A DNA stretch of 64,000 bases from Epiperipatus broadwayi (taxonomy: Eukaryota > Animalia > Onychophora), in contig JAQFVV010000009.1 of the NCBI GenBank assembly GCA_028023455.1, positions 11,346,001 to 11,410,000 on the forward strand. Direction: 5' to 3'. Shown here in pieces: positions 51,201 through 64,000 of the stretch (position 1 is its first letter; each line of letters opens with the position of its first letter). The notes beneath the pieces were generated by a model, which made no database searches, was not told the DNA's origin, and saw only the letters and a list, made by a program, of their open reading frames with translations. The position numbers and the translations under genes were made by a program.

Positions 51201-52211
51201 ATCTTTTTAAACAACACTACAGTCGTGCATATCAAATTTTGTAATAAAGAAGCAATAGCAAGATATCACACTGATTAAAGATTATAATTTTAGAACAATA
51301 ATCTTAACAAATAAAATATTTTTCTCTGAACAGAAAATTATATTTTCAATTTTTGAATGAGTTGGAAGGCAATTGAATGTAATTTTGATCATATCATTAT
51401 CTTGGAAGCCTTTAGCTTGTTTACGGGGCAAAATATCATATTTGAAATTTTATTACAAGTTGTCAAATATCAAAAATGCCATTTTATGTAAAGTGCTGCT
51501 TTTATATAAAATATTTAAAACATCACTAAATATTATTTATTTAAACTAATGTGTAAAATACTTAAAATGTAAAATGTTAGTTATTCAGTTAAAACTAATA
51601 TCTGAAACATTTTCTTTGTTTGAAAGCGTCTAAATGTTTTGTTCTTTTTAATTATTTTTACACATTTTTGGTTTTTATTTGAAAATTTGCTTTATTGATA
51701 CGATCTGGTTCTCATGTCAATAAAATATTATTTTCAGTAATAGTTTGAAATGTTTTGTTATTGGAAATTTGTTCATTCTGATGTATTACAAATTAAGAAA
51801 TAACTTTCTGTATTTGTTTTATCTAAATAGAATTAAATTGTAATGTTAAGTTAGTTGTTGTTACACTCTTACAGAATTGAAACATTTAGGATTATATATC
51901 AGGTTCCTCAGCAAATCAGCCCTTACCTGATGGTTTTTTCTTTCATTTTACATCTTCAACATCATTATATAATATTGTTTTTAAGCTAAATAATCGTTCA
52001 ACTAATTTAACCTGCTGTTCATCTTCTTTATAGTTTTTCATTTCATCTACAGAAGTTTCATACTCCTATTTGCATATAATTTCTTTTTAAAAGAGCCTTA
52101 ATTAATAACCTCAATATATATATATATATATATATATGTACCGGGGCCCCCGGGGGGGGGAGGGGGGTTTAACACAGGGGGGGGACGGTTTATACATGGT
52201 GGGGGGGGGGG

Positions 52212-52279
<68 letters not shown>

Positions 52280-52299
52280 AGTGGCCAAGCAGATAATGT

Positions 52300-53700
52300 C
52301 ACTATTTGTTGCACTTAGCACATTTTTTACTGCCATTGTTCTGGATAAAAGTTCTGAAAATTTTATTTCTGAGCTTAAACATAATTTAAATAAGGAAAGA
52401 AATTCTGAAAAATAAATTTGTTGCTTATACTGAAATCTTTGACTATGCATTTAATGTTGCCTGGTTTCTCTCTTAAATGGTATATATAATCATTCATCAT
52501 ATCAAATTCAGAAATACAATTTTCAATCATATCACCAGCCATTATGCTATGCAAAAAAATAATTAAAATTGTTGTTAAAACCATAACTCTGTTCTTTATA
52601 AGAGGCAAGTTTATTTTGCAAACACAATTTTCAATCAGTTAAGTTAATAAATAATGTATTAATGTCCTGTGTTTTTGTTCATAGCAATGTTATATTTCAG
52701 CATCAGCATAATCCATGTAGCATGATTCACATCCAGTTGTCTTGGGTTATCTTTTATTATTTGTTCTTTCTCATTTTCTACTTTGTCAAATCCTTTTGAT
52801 TGTTTTATTTCACTATTTCTCTCTTTTTCTAATTCAATAGGTTTATCTTCTACAAGTCTTCTCAATTTTCATATTTTTGTCTGAGTGTTCTACACACTCT
52901 ACCATGGCATTTTCTTTAGAAGGACCACTATTATTTTTATTAACTTAATTTCTGTCTGTACCACTCTCAATATCATCAATTAGTAAATTTTTATTCTCTA
53001 TAAGCTCTTGAATATTGTCTTGATTATCTTCATTTTCCATCATTATTGTATTGGCTTATTCTAATTTCTTATTTGGAACAGCATCATTTTTAGTGACCCC
53101 AGCACATTCACTTTAATGTTATTCTTTTTCTTTTCTATTCAATCTGTTTTTTATCCACTTATCATCATTCTTTTTTATTCCCTAGGTACTTTGATCTATT
53201 ATTGTTTCCATTAAGTGTATATTTTGTACAAATTGCTTTCTTGTAGACTTTGTTCAATTTTTCTATTGAGCATTAACTTTGATCCAATTTATATTCCATT
53301 TTCTTTTCCACTGTGTGCTGATTTTGTTTCATTTCTGCAGATTTTCTTTTATTTCTTATTTAATTAATTGTTGATTTTGTTCCATTTCTTGTTTATTTTA
53401 TTGAGCATTGATTTTGATCCATATTCTTCTTAAATTCTTCTATTAATTGTTGCATTATATTCACAAGCATTTCCATAATATCCCAGTATATGTCTTTTCT
53501 TTCAACTACCTCTAAGTTTTTAAATGTTATAGGGCTACTTTCTTCTCATGATACTTCCTCAAATACTGAAAGCATTCTATATTGATTCTCTGATTCCATG
53601 TTGTAGAGAGTATTATTTCTTATATTTTCAATATATAGTATAAAACAACTTCTCTGTCTTCAAATATGTTATATTTTTTTCTAAGCTTTTTTTATCTTGA
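52300..53700 (-). mobile_element. Decayed retroelement gag/ORF1-like coiled-coil region
   Basis: Broken E/K/Q-rich ORFs with internal heptad-like repeats; no diagnostic motif. Confidence 0.3.
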
Positions 53701-55379
53701 AGTCTTTTATTTTTAATATGTTAAACTTTTTTTACTTGTTATGTCAAACTTCTAGTTTTATTTTTATATATGTTGGTCAAACTTCACTTCCAAGCATCTC
53801 ACCACACTTCCAGAAATGTCACTTCACTTGCAATATCCATCTACTTTTGATATTATTTTTTATTATTTCTTGTGCCAACCATTTACAACTAAATATGCTT
53901 ATTTCAGGATTTCTCTATATTTGTGCTTCAAATTATGTGGCCTTTTTATGTACAGACTACCAGAACTCAATTATCATCAGGCCTACAGTTGGTTATGCCA
54001 AACTTTAAATAAATATATTAAGTATACAACAGTAGGAACATCAATATCCAACTCCAAATGGCACCACTAGACTTAGAGCCTAGAATATATCAAGAGCCTT
54101 TCTTGATGATGATCTTAATTATAAACAGTTACATACCATTACTAATAGATACCTATAAATTGTCTCTAGATTGCAAAGAACAGAGATTGATCTAATAACA
54201 AACAAAACAAATTTTATTAACAATTCGATATAATACACAAATGTATATCAATTGAAATTGTCCCTCTTATGCTGGCATATATCGCATTTGATATCTGACA
54301 ACTTTTAAATATTAATTCTCACAAAACCTTACATTATAATATTGTATCATCTCTAAAGATTACTACTAAGTAGTATCTGATTCATTTAGTTATATGTTAG
54401 CTCAGTTAAGATGTGGGAACATTATATTTCTTTTTTGCATAAAAGAACAAGTAATAATAAAATGGCTTAAATTAACTATAAATGTTCACAATGCACAAGC
54501 CATTACAAAATCACATATATACATTATGCATTCAATCCTCTACTACATTAAATATAAAACAACATAATCAATAGTCTGTAATAACCTGGACTGCTAATTA
54601 AAAACAAATTCATGGGGAGTTATCTCTAAATTCAGAGCAAAACCAAATTCATCCATGAGTGCCTCAAGCTGGAATAATATATTATGGAGAGACAAATAAA
54701 CATATATAGAATTTGAGTGCATCTGATAAAATACCTATAGGATAGCTATATAAAATGCACTCACCCATAAATATCAATCGTCAATTTCAGATGCATATGT
54801 AAAACAAAGAAAATAAATAGTGCAAACTGTCTAGAAATTTTAAGCATAATTAAATCACCCTAATCACAATTTATATATACACACACATCACTTTAGACAC
54901 ACACTAACTTTCATTACTTGTAAAATACATTGTTTAAATGATTTTAATAGCTTTAGGGAAATAACTTTTGTTAAACTAAATTTTAACTATTTCAAATCTA
55001 AATCTTTCTTATATTCTTTTTTTTTTTAACTTTTATTTTATGAGAAAATTATTTTAGGAGAATGAAAGAAAACATTTAAGAAACAAAACTGATTTTCTTT
55101 TATCTAGAACATTTAAAGACATAGTCTCCTATCCACAATGGAATTTTTAAAATAACTTCTACATTTTTAAATAAAAATATTTAAAAATCATACCAAGATA
55201 TATATGTCAAACTTATAATACTAAACCAAGCATTATAAAACTAAGTTAATGTAAAATATAAATAAAATCAATACCTAAAATCACATAAATATAATTATAA
55301 ATTATCTGATATACTGGCTTGTGGTAATTAAAATATTAACAATTTGTTAAATCGTTCATAAAGTAAATAAATTGGTTAT

Positions 55380-56150
55380 CTTAAGTCTAAGATGTGACTG
55401 AGAGGAGATTGTTTCTCTGTAAAGGTAGAATTACATTTACTACATACACTTTCCCATAGACATAGTGAAAAGAGAGCTCTTTGCCAGGTCATTAGCGAAA
55501 TCATTGGATTGATGTTTTTCAAATATTAAGTCACAATTTAATTTTATGTTTCCAGGTAGAGTTTGTCTTGAAAATTTGTTCACTTTCACAGTTGACAAGC
55601 ATGTCTGTATTAACTCCAATTTAATATATGTGAAAGTTGTTGGTATAGAGTTGGACATAATTCAGCAGTGCTCAAGAAGCTTTGTGGGTTAGTCTAATAG
55701 GTGAAAAATGTCCGAATTACAGAACATAGAAATGCTTTTAATCAAAAAATTAGCATTTTTATTTCCCATTTTTTAGAAATTGGTCACAAACCTGATTTTG
55801 ACAATACAAAAATACTTGCTAATTTGGAAAGATATGATTTAAGAACCATGAGAGAGTCAATTGAAATATTAAAGAGAACTACTGGTTTAAATAGGGCTGA
55901 CGAAGCACAATTTATTCCAGCCATGTAGAAACCTCATTTTATCTAATATTAACTTAAAATTAATAGGTGAAAAAACTGAGGGAAATAATCATTTTGATAA
56001 GTCTCATATTGTAAATGCTGGAACTACTTCAAGTTGAATCTCATTTCTCATCTCACACTGAGTCACGTTATTGTTTGAGATCTAAAGATTTTTCTTTGAA
56101 AAGTTAATCTTGATAATGGCGGTTGCTAGTCTGTCGTAATATCGGATTGT
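55380..56150 (+). mobile_element. Penelope-like GIY-YIG fragment with decayed hammerhead
   Basis: VRITEHRNAF..HFLEIGHKPDFDNTKIL..RESIEILK (55701-55928). A hammerhead-like relic lies at 56107-56148. Confidence 0.8.
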
Positions 56151-56203
56151 AATGCAAAATAATACACAGTTTATTCCCATATATATATAGCATATATATA
56201 TAT

Positions 56204-56261
56204 ATATGAAAATCCCATTATATATATATATATATATATATATATAATGGGATTTTCATAT
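56204..56261. repeat. Perfect 58-bp palindrome centred on (TA)n
   Basis: ATATGAAAATCCCATTA-(TA)n-TAATGGGATTTTCATAT. Confidence 0.9.
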
Positions 56262-57153
56262 TATCATTTTCTTATGCTATTAATTATTAAACTTTAATAT
56301 TAATTACTTTTGAATCCTAGTCAGTATCTTTTTTTTTAAGTCATTTTGTATTCTACTTTGAAATATATGATTTCCCATATATACACAATTGTGTGTTTAA
56401 CAATTTTACAAATGTAAGTTTTAGGACTGAACTAAAATCCAAGATTATGATTACAGAATTTACAGAGTGAAAATAAATTGTCATCAGTCCATTTATTATG
56501 CTAAAATATGGCATTATCTATTATCTGGAAAACAAATTAAACCTAAGTCTTTAAGTAAACTTTTTAAAATGGCAGACTGTGTTGATGATGATTAATAGAC
56601 CTTAGTTTTATATTTTATGGATCAATATGCAATATAATCATTATTATCAGTTTTGACCCTGATCCTTGTTTGTAATATATTTTTGGTACAACCAACATGT
56701 AGCCAATTAATCACTTAAGGTATTAAAACATCCCAAATTATTTCTATGCTTTTGTTAATTCTGCTGTTAAATATTTTGATGCAATGAATATCCTGGCATG
56801 ATAAATCACTCAGGATGATTATTTCAAATGATGTTTATTTTTTTTAATCTAACGTAATTGTGTTGACACAATTAAACAAAAATCATCTGAGATATGGATA
56901 CCATTGAAATAATCACAAATAAATACACTACTATTGGAGAATATAAAAATGAAGTATAAATACTAAATGTTAGATAATATTAAAACACGGACAGTTATAC
57001 AATTTAAAATAAATGGAAATTGAGAGTTTGAATTAGAACTGTACAATGAGTTTAATATTTAAAGAAATACCAGAAAAGAATCACATGGAAGATTAAGACA
57101 AGCAGGCCAAATCTAATGCAAGATCCAACAGAAAAAATAAATAAGAATTTTAA

Positions 57154-57233
57154 GTAGGAGAGGTCATCGCACCCGCCTTGCAAGCAAGTAGTTGGTTGCA
57201 GACGGGTGTGGGTTCGCGTCCCGGCCGATGCTA
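57154..57233 (+). mobile_element. tRNA-Ala(TGC)-derived sequence (SINE head or tRNA pseudogene)
   Basis: GC-rich island with an anticodon-arm-like CCCGC-CTTGCAA-GCAAG, a B-box-like GGTTCGCGTCC and an enlarged variable region. The acceptor stem is not intact. Confidence 0.5.
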
Positions 57234-57259
57234 TGACATATGGAAAAAAAAGTATATAT

Positions 57260-58900
57260 ATGATTGATTGCATTAACAAATAATAACAAAAGTAAAGATA
57301 GTCAGCAACTGGAAGAAACAGAATCACAACTGCTAAGAAAATAGATTATCAAGAACAAAAAAGTAGAAGAAATGGAAATACACAAGAAATTGCAAAAAAT
57401 AAAGAAATTCACAAATAAAAAGCTCAACTTCAAGATGTTCCAGTCATTCTTTAAGCAAGCTAATACAGATGTGAAAACTGATATTTATGAAAAGTTAGAT
57501 GAAAATAATAATGATATAAAAAAAATGTGAATAAAAGCATTATAGATTTGAATCAAGGCATGAAAGATTCAAAGAATAAATAAATAAAAATAATATAAAT
57601 GTTAAAGAAAGGATTGTCAATATTATGAGTGACATTAAGATTAAGAGGATAGAATAGAGGGCATTGCACAATATGTTCAGGAAATGAAAGAAACTGTTAA
57701 AGGTAGTATAAAAAGGTGCAAAAAATGTGGAACTGTTATCCAGATAAAAAGAGAAATGAACAAAATTGAGGGAAAAGCATTAAGAATACATTTTCAAGAG
57801 GAAAAAGAAAGGGAGGCTAAAATTAATGCAAAAGTATAGAAAAAATTCAAATTAATATATAAGATAAAATGACTATCAATGTGAACCTGAAAATGACTCA
57901 AGATAAGATGATTGAAAGGATTCAACAAATAGAAGTAATGAGTAAGCATGTTAATCATTCTCATCTGCTTTTGAATGAAGAGGATATAATAATGGCATAG
58001 TGAAGTGCACATTGAAATAAGAAATGAAAAATGAATACAAGTTTAAGCAATTTTGATCAAGGTCCAGAAATAGTGAATCAATTTCTGAATATTAGAATGT
58101 TCACAGAATGATTAGGGGAAGGAATTTTCTTAAATCACATGGCAAAGTTAGCTGTAGTATATAATAATTTCCAAGGGGTTTCTCAGGTGTGATGTTATCA
58201 AGCTTACAAAAGATGCTTTAAGCAGTATTTATTGGACTGGTAAGTATCAGAAAAATATATTATACAAGCTTATCAGAAAAAGTATAAAACAAGATGAGAA
58301 GTTCACACCTTTTTTTAGAAGATTTGACCCAAGATTAATAACTTTAATACCATGCCTGCTATTAGGAAACCAAATTGTCTGGATTGCACAATATTCTAAG
58401 TAAAATAGAACATATGTAAATAGATATGAATTATAAAACATTTAATGCACAATCTTTTAATATAGTGGACTAAAGTATTCAGGTATGAGAAGATACAAGA
58501 AGGAAAGCTGTATTTCCATCACTTGAACTAGAATATTATACAGAGAAAAGTAGAATCACATATAAATAATATCAATATGAAAAATTGGAGAAAAAAGAAT
58601 TTATACTAGATAAATTGAAAATAAGCACTGAAAGCTCAGGAAGCACCCATGCATTTAAAAGCAATGGACATGAAACTGGCACTGAAAGAACACACAAAAA
58701 AGTATATCATCCAGTACATCACCATTGTCTTGTAGCTCAATAAGACCAAAAACATTAAAAATAGATTATTCATACAAAACTGAGTAAAGAGAAAGTTATA
58801 AAAAAGAACCCAAATCCTGTTCATACAGATAGATTGCTAGGAAATAAATCAAGGTTAAGAACAACAGATCTAGAATTAAACAAAAATGAGATAATGAGAG
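57260..58900 (+). mobile_element. Highly decayed Ty3/Gypsy gag-pro-RT relic
   Basis: Coiled-coil region, KRCKKCG, LIPCLLLG (protease-like tail) and PNPVHTDRLLG (PLPRIDDLL-like). Confidence 0.35.
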
Positions 58901-59879
58901 GGAGATTTTATTATTGATAGTGCATTGAGAAGTGGACATGATGTATATGAATATTTTTTAAAGATTCATTAATAGATTCCATATTATACTTTGTTGATGA
59001 GTATTTCTGAAATGGTTATTCACCAAAAATTGTGAGACTGCTCATCATGCAATAATGCTATTTACCTCTTTTAGGTATTGGGAAAAAAAGATTTAAAATA
59101 TAAAGTATAACTTATCTAAGTAATATATAACAACTGTGGACTATTTAAGAGCAGTAATAGTGTATTTCAAGCGTCTAAAGTAATATATTAATTAAAAAAG
59201 AATTATAAAAAATAATATTAAAAAAGAACAGTCAAAAAGAAGAGGAAGCTGTTGTGAAATCTCTTATTGCTGTATTGAAATTCATAAAGATGAACAAACA
59301 TAAAATATTGTAAATAAAATTAATATATAAAACAGAGTATAGATCCCTTGTAAATTTAGATTAGGAACAGTCATATAATGATGAATGATTTCATGGATTA
59401 TGTACTCATAAAAGACATAGTGTTAGTTATGGGCTTCTTATCAAGTAAGAACTAGAGTTTAATATTTTAAAATAAAAGACATAGTCTTAATTATGGGATT
59501 CTTATCAAGTAAGAACTAGAGTTTAATATTTTAAACTTAATATTTTGTGTCTCACATTTTTGATTTCAAAAAAGCTAAAGGAATTTTTTTTAATTTTTTA
59601 ACAACCATTAGAGAATGACCTCTTACACATGCACTGTACAAATATAATGCTTAAGGAATATTTTCATTTACTAAACACACTACAAAGTCTTTGAAAAGAT
59701 GAGATGAATCCACTGTTTCATTTTTACTTAAATATGTATGTGTAGGAAAATCTTAAGCATTTAGAAATGAGAGCATGAAGATCTTAATTAATCATTTTTA
59801 ATTTCATTTATTATATATCGAAAAAATAAATAATATAAAAAATAATATAAAAACTGTCAGATAATGAAAATTATTATAC

Positions 59880-60250
59880 ACGAATAAAGCATATTTATCA
59901 GTACAAAAAAATCTAAAAGTGATTTGCAGGTTAATTCTGTTTTTTCAAATCATGAAAGTAATTGTGGTCACGAGTTTTATCCTCAAAATATTACTACTGT
60001 GTGCAATGAGTCAAATGATCAGAAAAGGAAGTTGAAAGAGGCTTGGTTTATTGCAAAGTCTAAAAACGTTATTAATCAGCGTAACACTAGTGTTCCACTG
60101 AGCATGCACGGAATATTAACTGTTTAGTTCCAGTATATTGCCATGATTCTGGTATACAGTACCGAAAGCGCTTGGCTAATTGTTGTTTATAATTAATGTT
60201 TTTGTGCTCTGTTTATCATGCTTTATTCATGTAGAATAATTTTTATTATA
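59880..60250 (+). mobile_element. Penelope-like GIY-YIG C-terminal fragment with decayed hammerhead
   Basis: HESNCGHEF..KRKLKEAWFI..VINQR. A hammerhead relic GCC..GGTA/TACC-GAAA-GCGC-TT-GGC lies at 60140-60176. Confidence 0.8.
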
Positions 60251-60479
60251 TATCAATAAATAACATTTGCAAAATTTTTAGAATTTACTGCACAATAGTA
60301 TTAGATGTAATATTAAATATATATAACAAATTATTTATTTATCTAGAGCTTTATTTTACTTATAACAGTCATTAGGGAATCACTCCCCGTGCACATGTGC
60401 TTTTCCTAATGACTATTACAAATAAAACAAAGCACTAGATAAATAAATAACTTGTTATATATATTTAATATATCCTCTA

Positions 60480-61100
60480 ATACTCATGTTGTACAGGTCC
60501 AATTTGTATGTTCATTCAACAAAACTTAGAATCTGAGCAAAAATACCTCAAATCCAATCATTCCTGAGATACACAGGTCAGGAGCAATCATGAATTCTAA
60601 CCTATTTGCCCATTCCCAAATCCAAAACAACATGAACAACATCTCTTGTGATACAGATGAATTTAATTCATTCCAGACCTGGAGACACAGCAGAGAGACA
60701 TGATATCTTGTGGCTAAGTGTGACTATTTAACTAAATTATGAATGAACACTACATATAAACCTTAAAATAATATTTATAAGTGCATAGATCAAGAAATGA
60801 TGAGACTAAATTGATTGGTAAATGATGGACAAGGTAATGAAGACATGGATAATTGATCATAAAAGGGGCATCTACCTATGATACATGAGATCCTGGATAA
60901 CCTAGACATAATGAATTCTTAGAGTAATGAATTATCATAAACAAGTATAGGGACTAAATTAAATAATGATTCGAACACTTGAATAAACTGAGACATAAAC
61001 TTTAATAAATACACTATGACATAGTCATTTATACATTCTAATCATAGGTTTCATGCAAGGAATATTTGATTGGCATATTTATAAGGTTACATAATTTACT
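60480..61100 (+). mobile_element. Possible second Gypsy RT relic
   Basis: LPMIHEILDNL near 60872-60905, preceded by a WIIDH segment (CIDYR-like). Confidence 0.35.
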
Positions 61101-64000
61101 ATTTGTACATGGCATGATGTTGACACAAACATGTCAATTAAGGAACAGGTGCATTGAGAACCAAACTCAGGATAAATGATATATATATATAGTGTATAAT
61201 CAATACTGCATGATTTAATATGTCAATAACAATTAAACAAACTTTCTCATAACAATTTAACAATGATACATATATATTGTAACTTAAATAAACAAGCATC
61301 AAGTGGTGTAATTTAATAAAAATATTTCCAAAATATATCCAGCAATATTTTACCCACTTTTTATCTCTTAGTGCTATTAAGTGAATATCTAAGTGATTAG
61401 TAAGTGAATATGGAGTGAATATAGTCTATCAGGGTGCCTCTAGGTTAGCTGAACCTAGACAAAATTATATTCTATATCTATTTCAGATGTACCAGGTTTG
61501 AACCCCTTTTGGTCCCTTATTTATAACCGGATGTAGGATTTAGTATTTTATGACCATATCACATTTGCACTAACATTAAGAAAACAAAAAACATACTTAT
61601 GCTTTAGTTGTGCATATAAAATTTATCAGACAAAAAGTATCACTTAGATTTTAATATTATAAAAGCATTTTAACATTTTCATAAGTTTTGCTAGTTCATA
61701 TCAAACACTATCAATTTATGGTGGCAATTCACTCATCCTTGAATGATGTGGATGATTGGAATGGTGGTTATTATCTAATGACTCACAAATGATAACCAAA
61801 TACAGTGAAAATCATTATTTATCTATGACCATTAAACACATTTATCCAGATCATTAATTTAAAAACATGATGATGATGATGATGACACTTCCAGTCACAG
61901 ATTTAGAACTAACACCTAACATAAAATTTAGCTTTTATAAATTTATAATTATTTGCCTAACTTTATTATATTTTAACTTAACCCTTAATATTCAGCAGTG
62001 ATGATGAGGGATCATAATCAATAAAGCAAGGAATACTCTTTATAAAAATATACACCTCTTTTAATAAAACAAATTAACATTTATTACTGGACTACTAAAA
62101 TATACATACTATTTAAAGATATATATGAAAATTTGTATGAATAACAATGATGAGATTTATATTTAAATCATACTAATATTAAACTCTTCCCCCTTTCCCT
62201 GTAATGACAGTATCCAATGTTTATATTATAGTATAATAGTTATGCATTCATTTGGATAATAAATAACTAAAATTTTATATACACAAGAAAAATATTTCAC
62301 TAAAAATATAAACACTTTCTGCACACATACTTTTGTAACCTTATAAATTTAAACATAACATATAACAAGATAATTAATTTAAAAAAGATTAGTTAGATTT
62401 TAGAAGTAAAAACATTTGTAGAAACAAGCTTTAAATTACTTATCTCCCCCTCTAAGCTATTGAGGTCACTAATAATTATTTAAAAAAAAAAGAAAATCCA
62501 ACTCCTCCAATGCTACCTTTCTATCACTTTCAGCATTCATACAACACAGCTGTACATGTGGCAAATATAATTATATTACTATGTGTGTGTGTGTGTGTGG
62601 ATTCCCATTATGAATAAAATATTAAACAAAAAAACCTTTGAACATACAAAATATTGCATAATTTTGAAGTGACCCACAATAATACACATCACAAAATAAA
62701 ATACATCAATAAGTGGATAGTATAATAATTTTAGAATTTATAAAATCCTTAATAAAGCTTATAGCTATTATTACTGAAACTTTTTTTTCTCAATTTTTTT
62801 GGTTTTAAAATCCAGAGATAAGTAAAGATAAAAAATGTTATTAAAAATTTTGTTAATAGTCCCTGATATAATAAAAGAGAAAATATATAATTAAAATTCA
62901 TATTATCCGTCCTTTTATTTTCTTGAGGCAGAACTTTCCAATAGTTCAAATTCAGCTTGTTGAATGTTTATAAATTTTGTAGCAAACACATACACCAATA
63001 GATAACACACATATATTACCAATTTCCAGGGTTTACTGGAAGTCTTTCTTTTCTTGGCTAAGGATTGCAATTTTGTTACTGCAATGATGATAGTGAAGTC
63101 ACTTGCTTCCATAAGAACCATTGGGCACTGGAATTGTTTCTTTTTCTGTTCAGCATAATTATTTTAATAGATTAAGGATATCTGTTGTTTTATATTTTAT
63201 CATTTTTGCTGGGGTTTAAACTCAGTCACTGGCATAACTGAATTAGCATGGTTTAACACTTTTCAGCAGTTTGCTTATTTTCATTTAGCTTTCAAATGCA
63301 GATGAGCAATCATTGCTTCTATTTAAAACATAAGTGAGCAGTCAGTCTTTTCCATCTTATTTTTCACAATCAGTCACAAGATATGTAATACTTTTGGCTC
63401 AAACTTTCCAGATGCATTGGCTGATGGATGGCTGGAGCAGCCAGATAAAATATGTATGTGTACTTAGCCTGTCATTATTCTATATGCAACTTTCCAAACA
63501 AAATTATATATAAAAATGACAGAAATTCAAACTGATATGTTTCCACACTTTAATTTGTTCTCTCCAGTTTTAATATTTAATAATCCCTTTAAGTAATTGC
63601 CAGGCTTTTTTATATCACTGACTCTCTTTACAGACAACCCATATAGAAAACCTGATTTTTATTACTTAACTCATCTGATTAAAACTGATCATCTTCCAAT
63701 TTAATGTTGATAAGAAATCCAAACCAATAGATAAAAACACCTGATTTTTATTAATTAACCAGTCTAATTTAAAACTGATCATCTGTTTCAAATTTACTAT
63801 TGGTAAAAAAAAATCCAGACTAATAACTTTGTTGATAATTAACTAGTCTCACAAAATTTAACTACTTTTTTCTCTAATTATCTCTGACTTTAAAGACTTT
63901 TAGCTGTACTGCTAAATGAAACTATAACCTTGTGAGTTTAATTAACACCATAATTCTTTACACAATTTTTTCTTTAAAAAAATGATTTTAACAGAATTTT

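Noticed and set aside
53938-53986. Minus-strand CTGATGAT hammerhead-like core
   Set aside because: There is no GAAA element and stem II is weak; too degenerate to call.

Overview
This is AT-rich eukaryotic (animal, probably arthropod) genomic DNA. The whole window appears to lie inside one very large L-type voltage-gated calcium channel alpha-1 gene (Cav1, Ca-alpha1D-like) on the + strand. Only three clear exons are visible. Two are paralogous 108-nt domain III S5 exons (31270-31377 and 31415-31522) separated by a 37-nt intron, so they are almost certainly mutually exclusive. The third is the following 53-nt exon (31811-31863). The flanking S4 and pore-loop exons were not found, which implies introns over 31 kb on both sides. 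The rest is a transposon graveyard. It includes a 17-kb head-to-tail array of five L1/Tx1-like elements, each joined by AAT/AAC/ATC microsatellites, and an ~830-bp (GATA)n tract. It also holds several Penelope-like fragments with hammerhead ribozyme motifs (one nearly intact), a complete non-autonomous Merlin element, and a 3.66-kb TIR element with a 9-bp TSD and a non-repetitive core. A near full-length CR1-type LINE, hAT, Gypsy and RTE relics, and a tRNA-derived fragment complete the list. All identifications are by eye from motifs; no database search was run, and boundaries of decayed elements are approximate.
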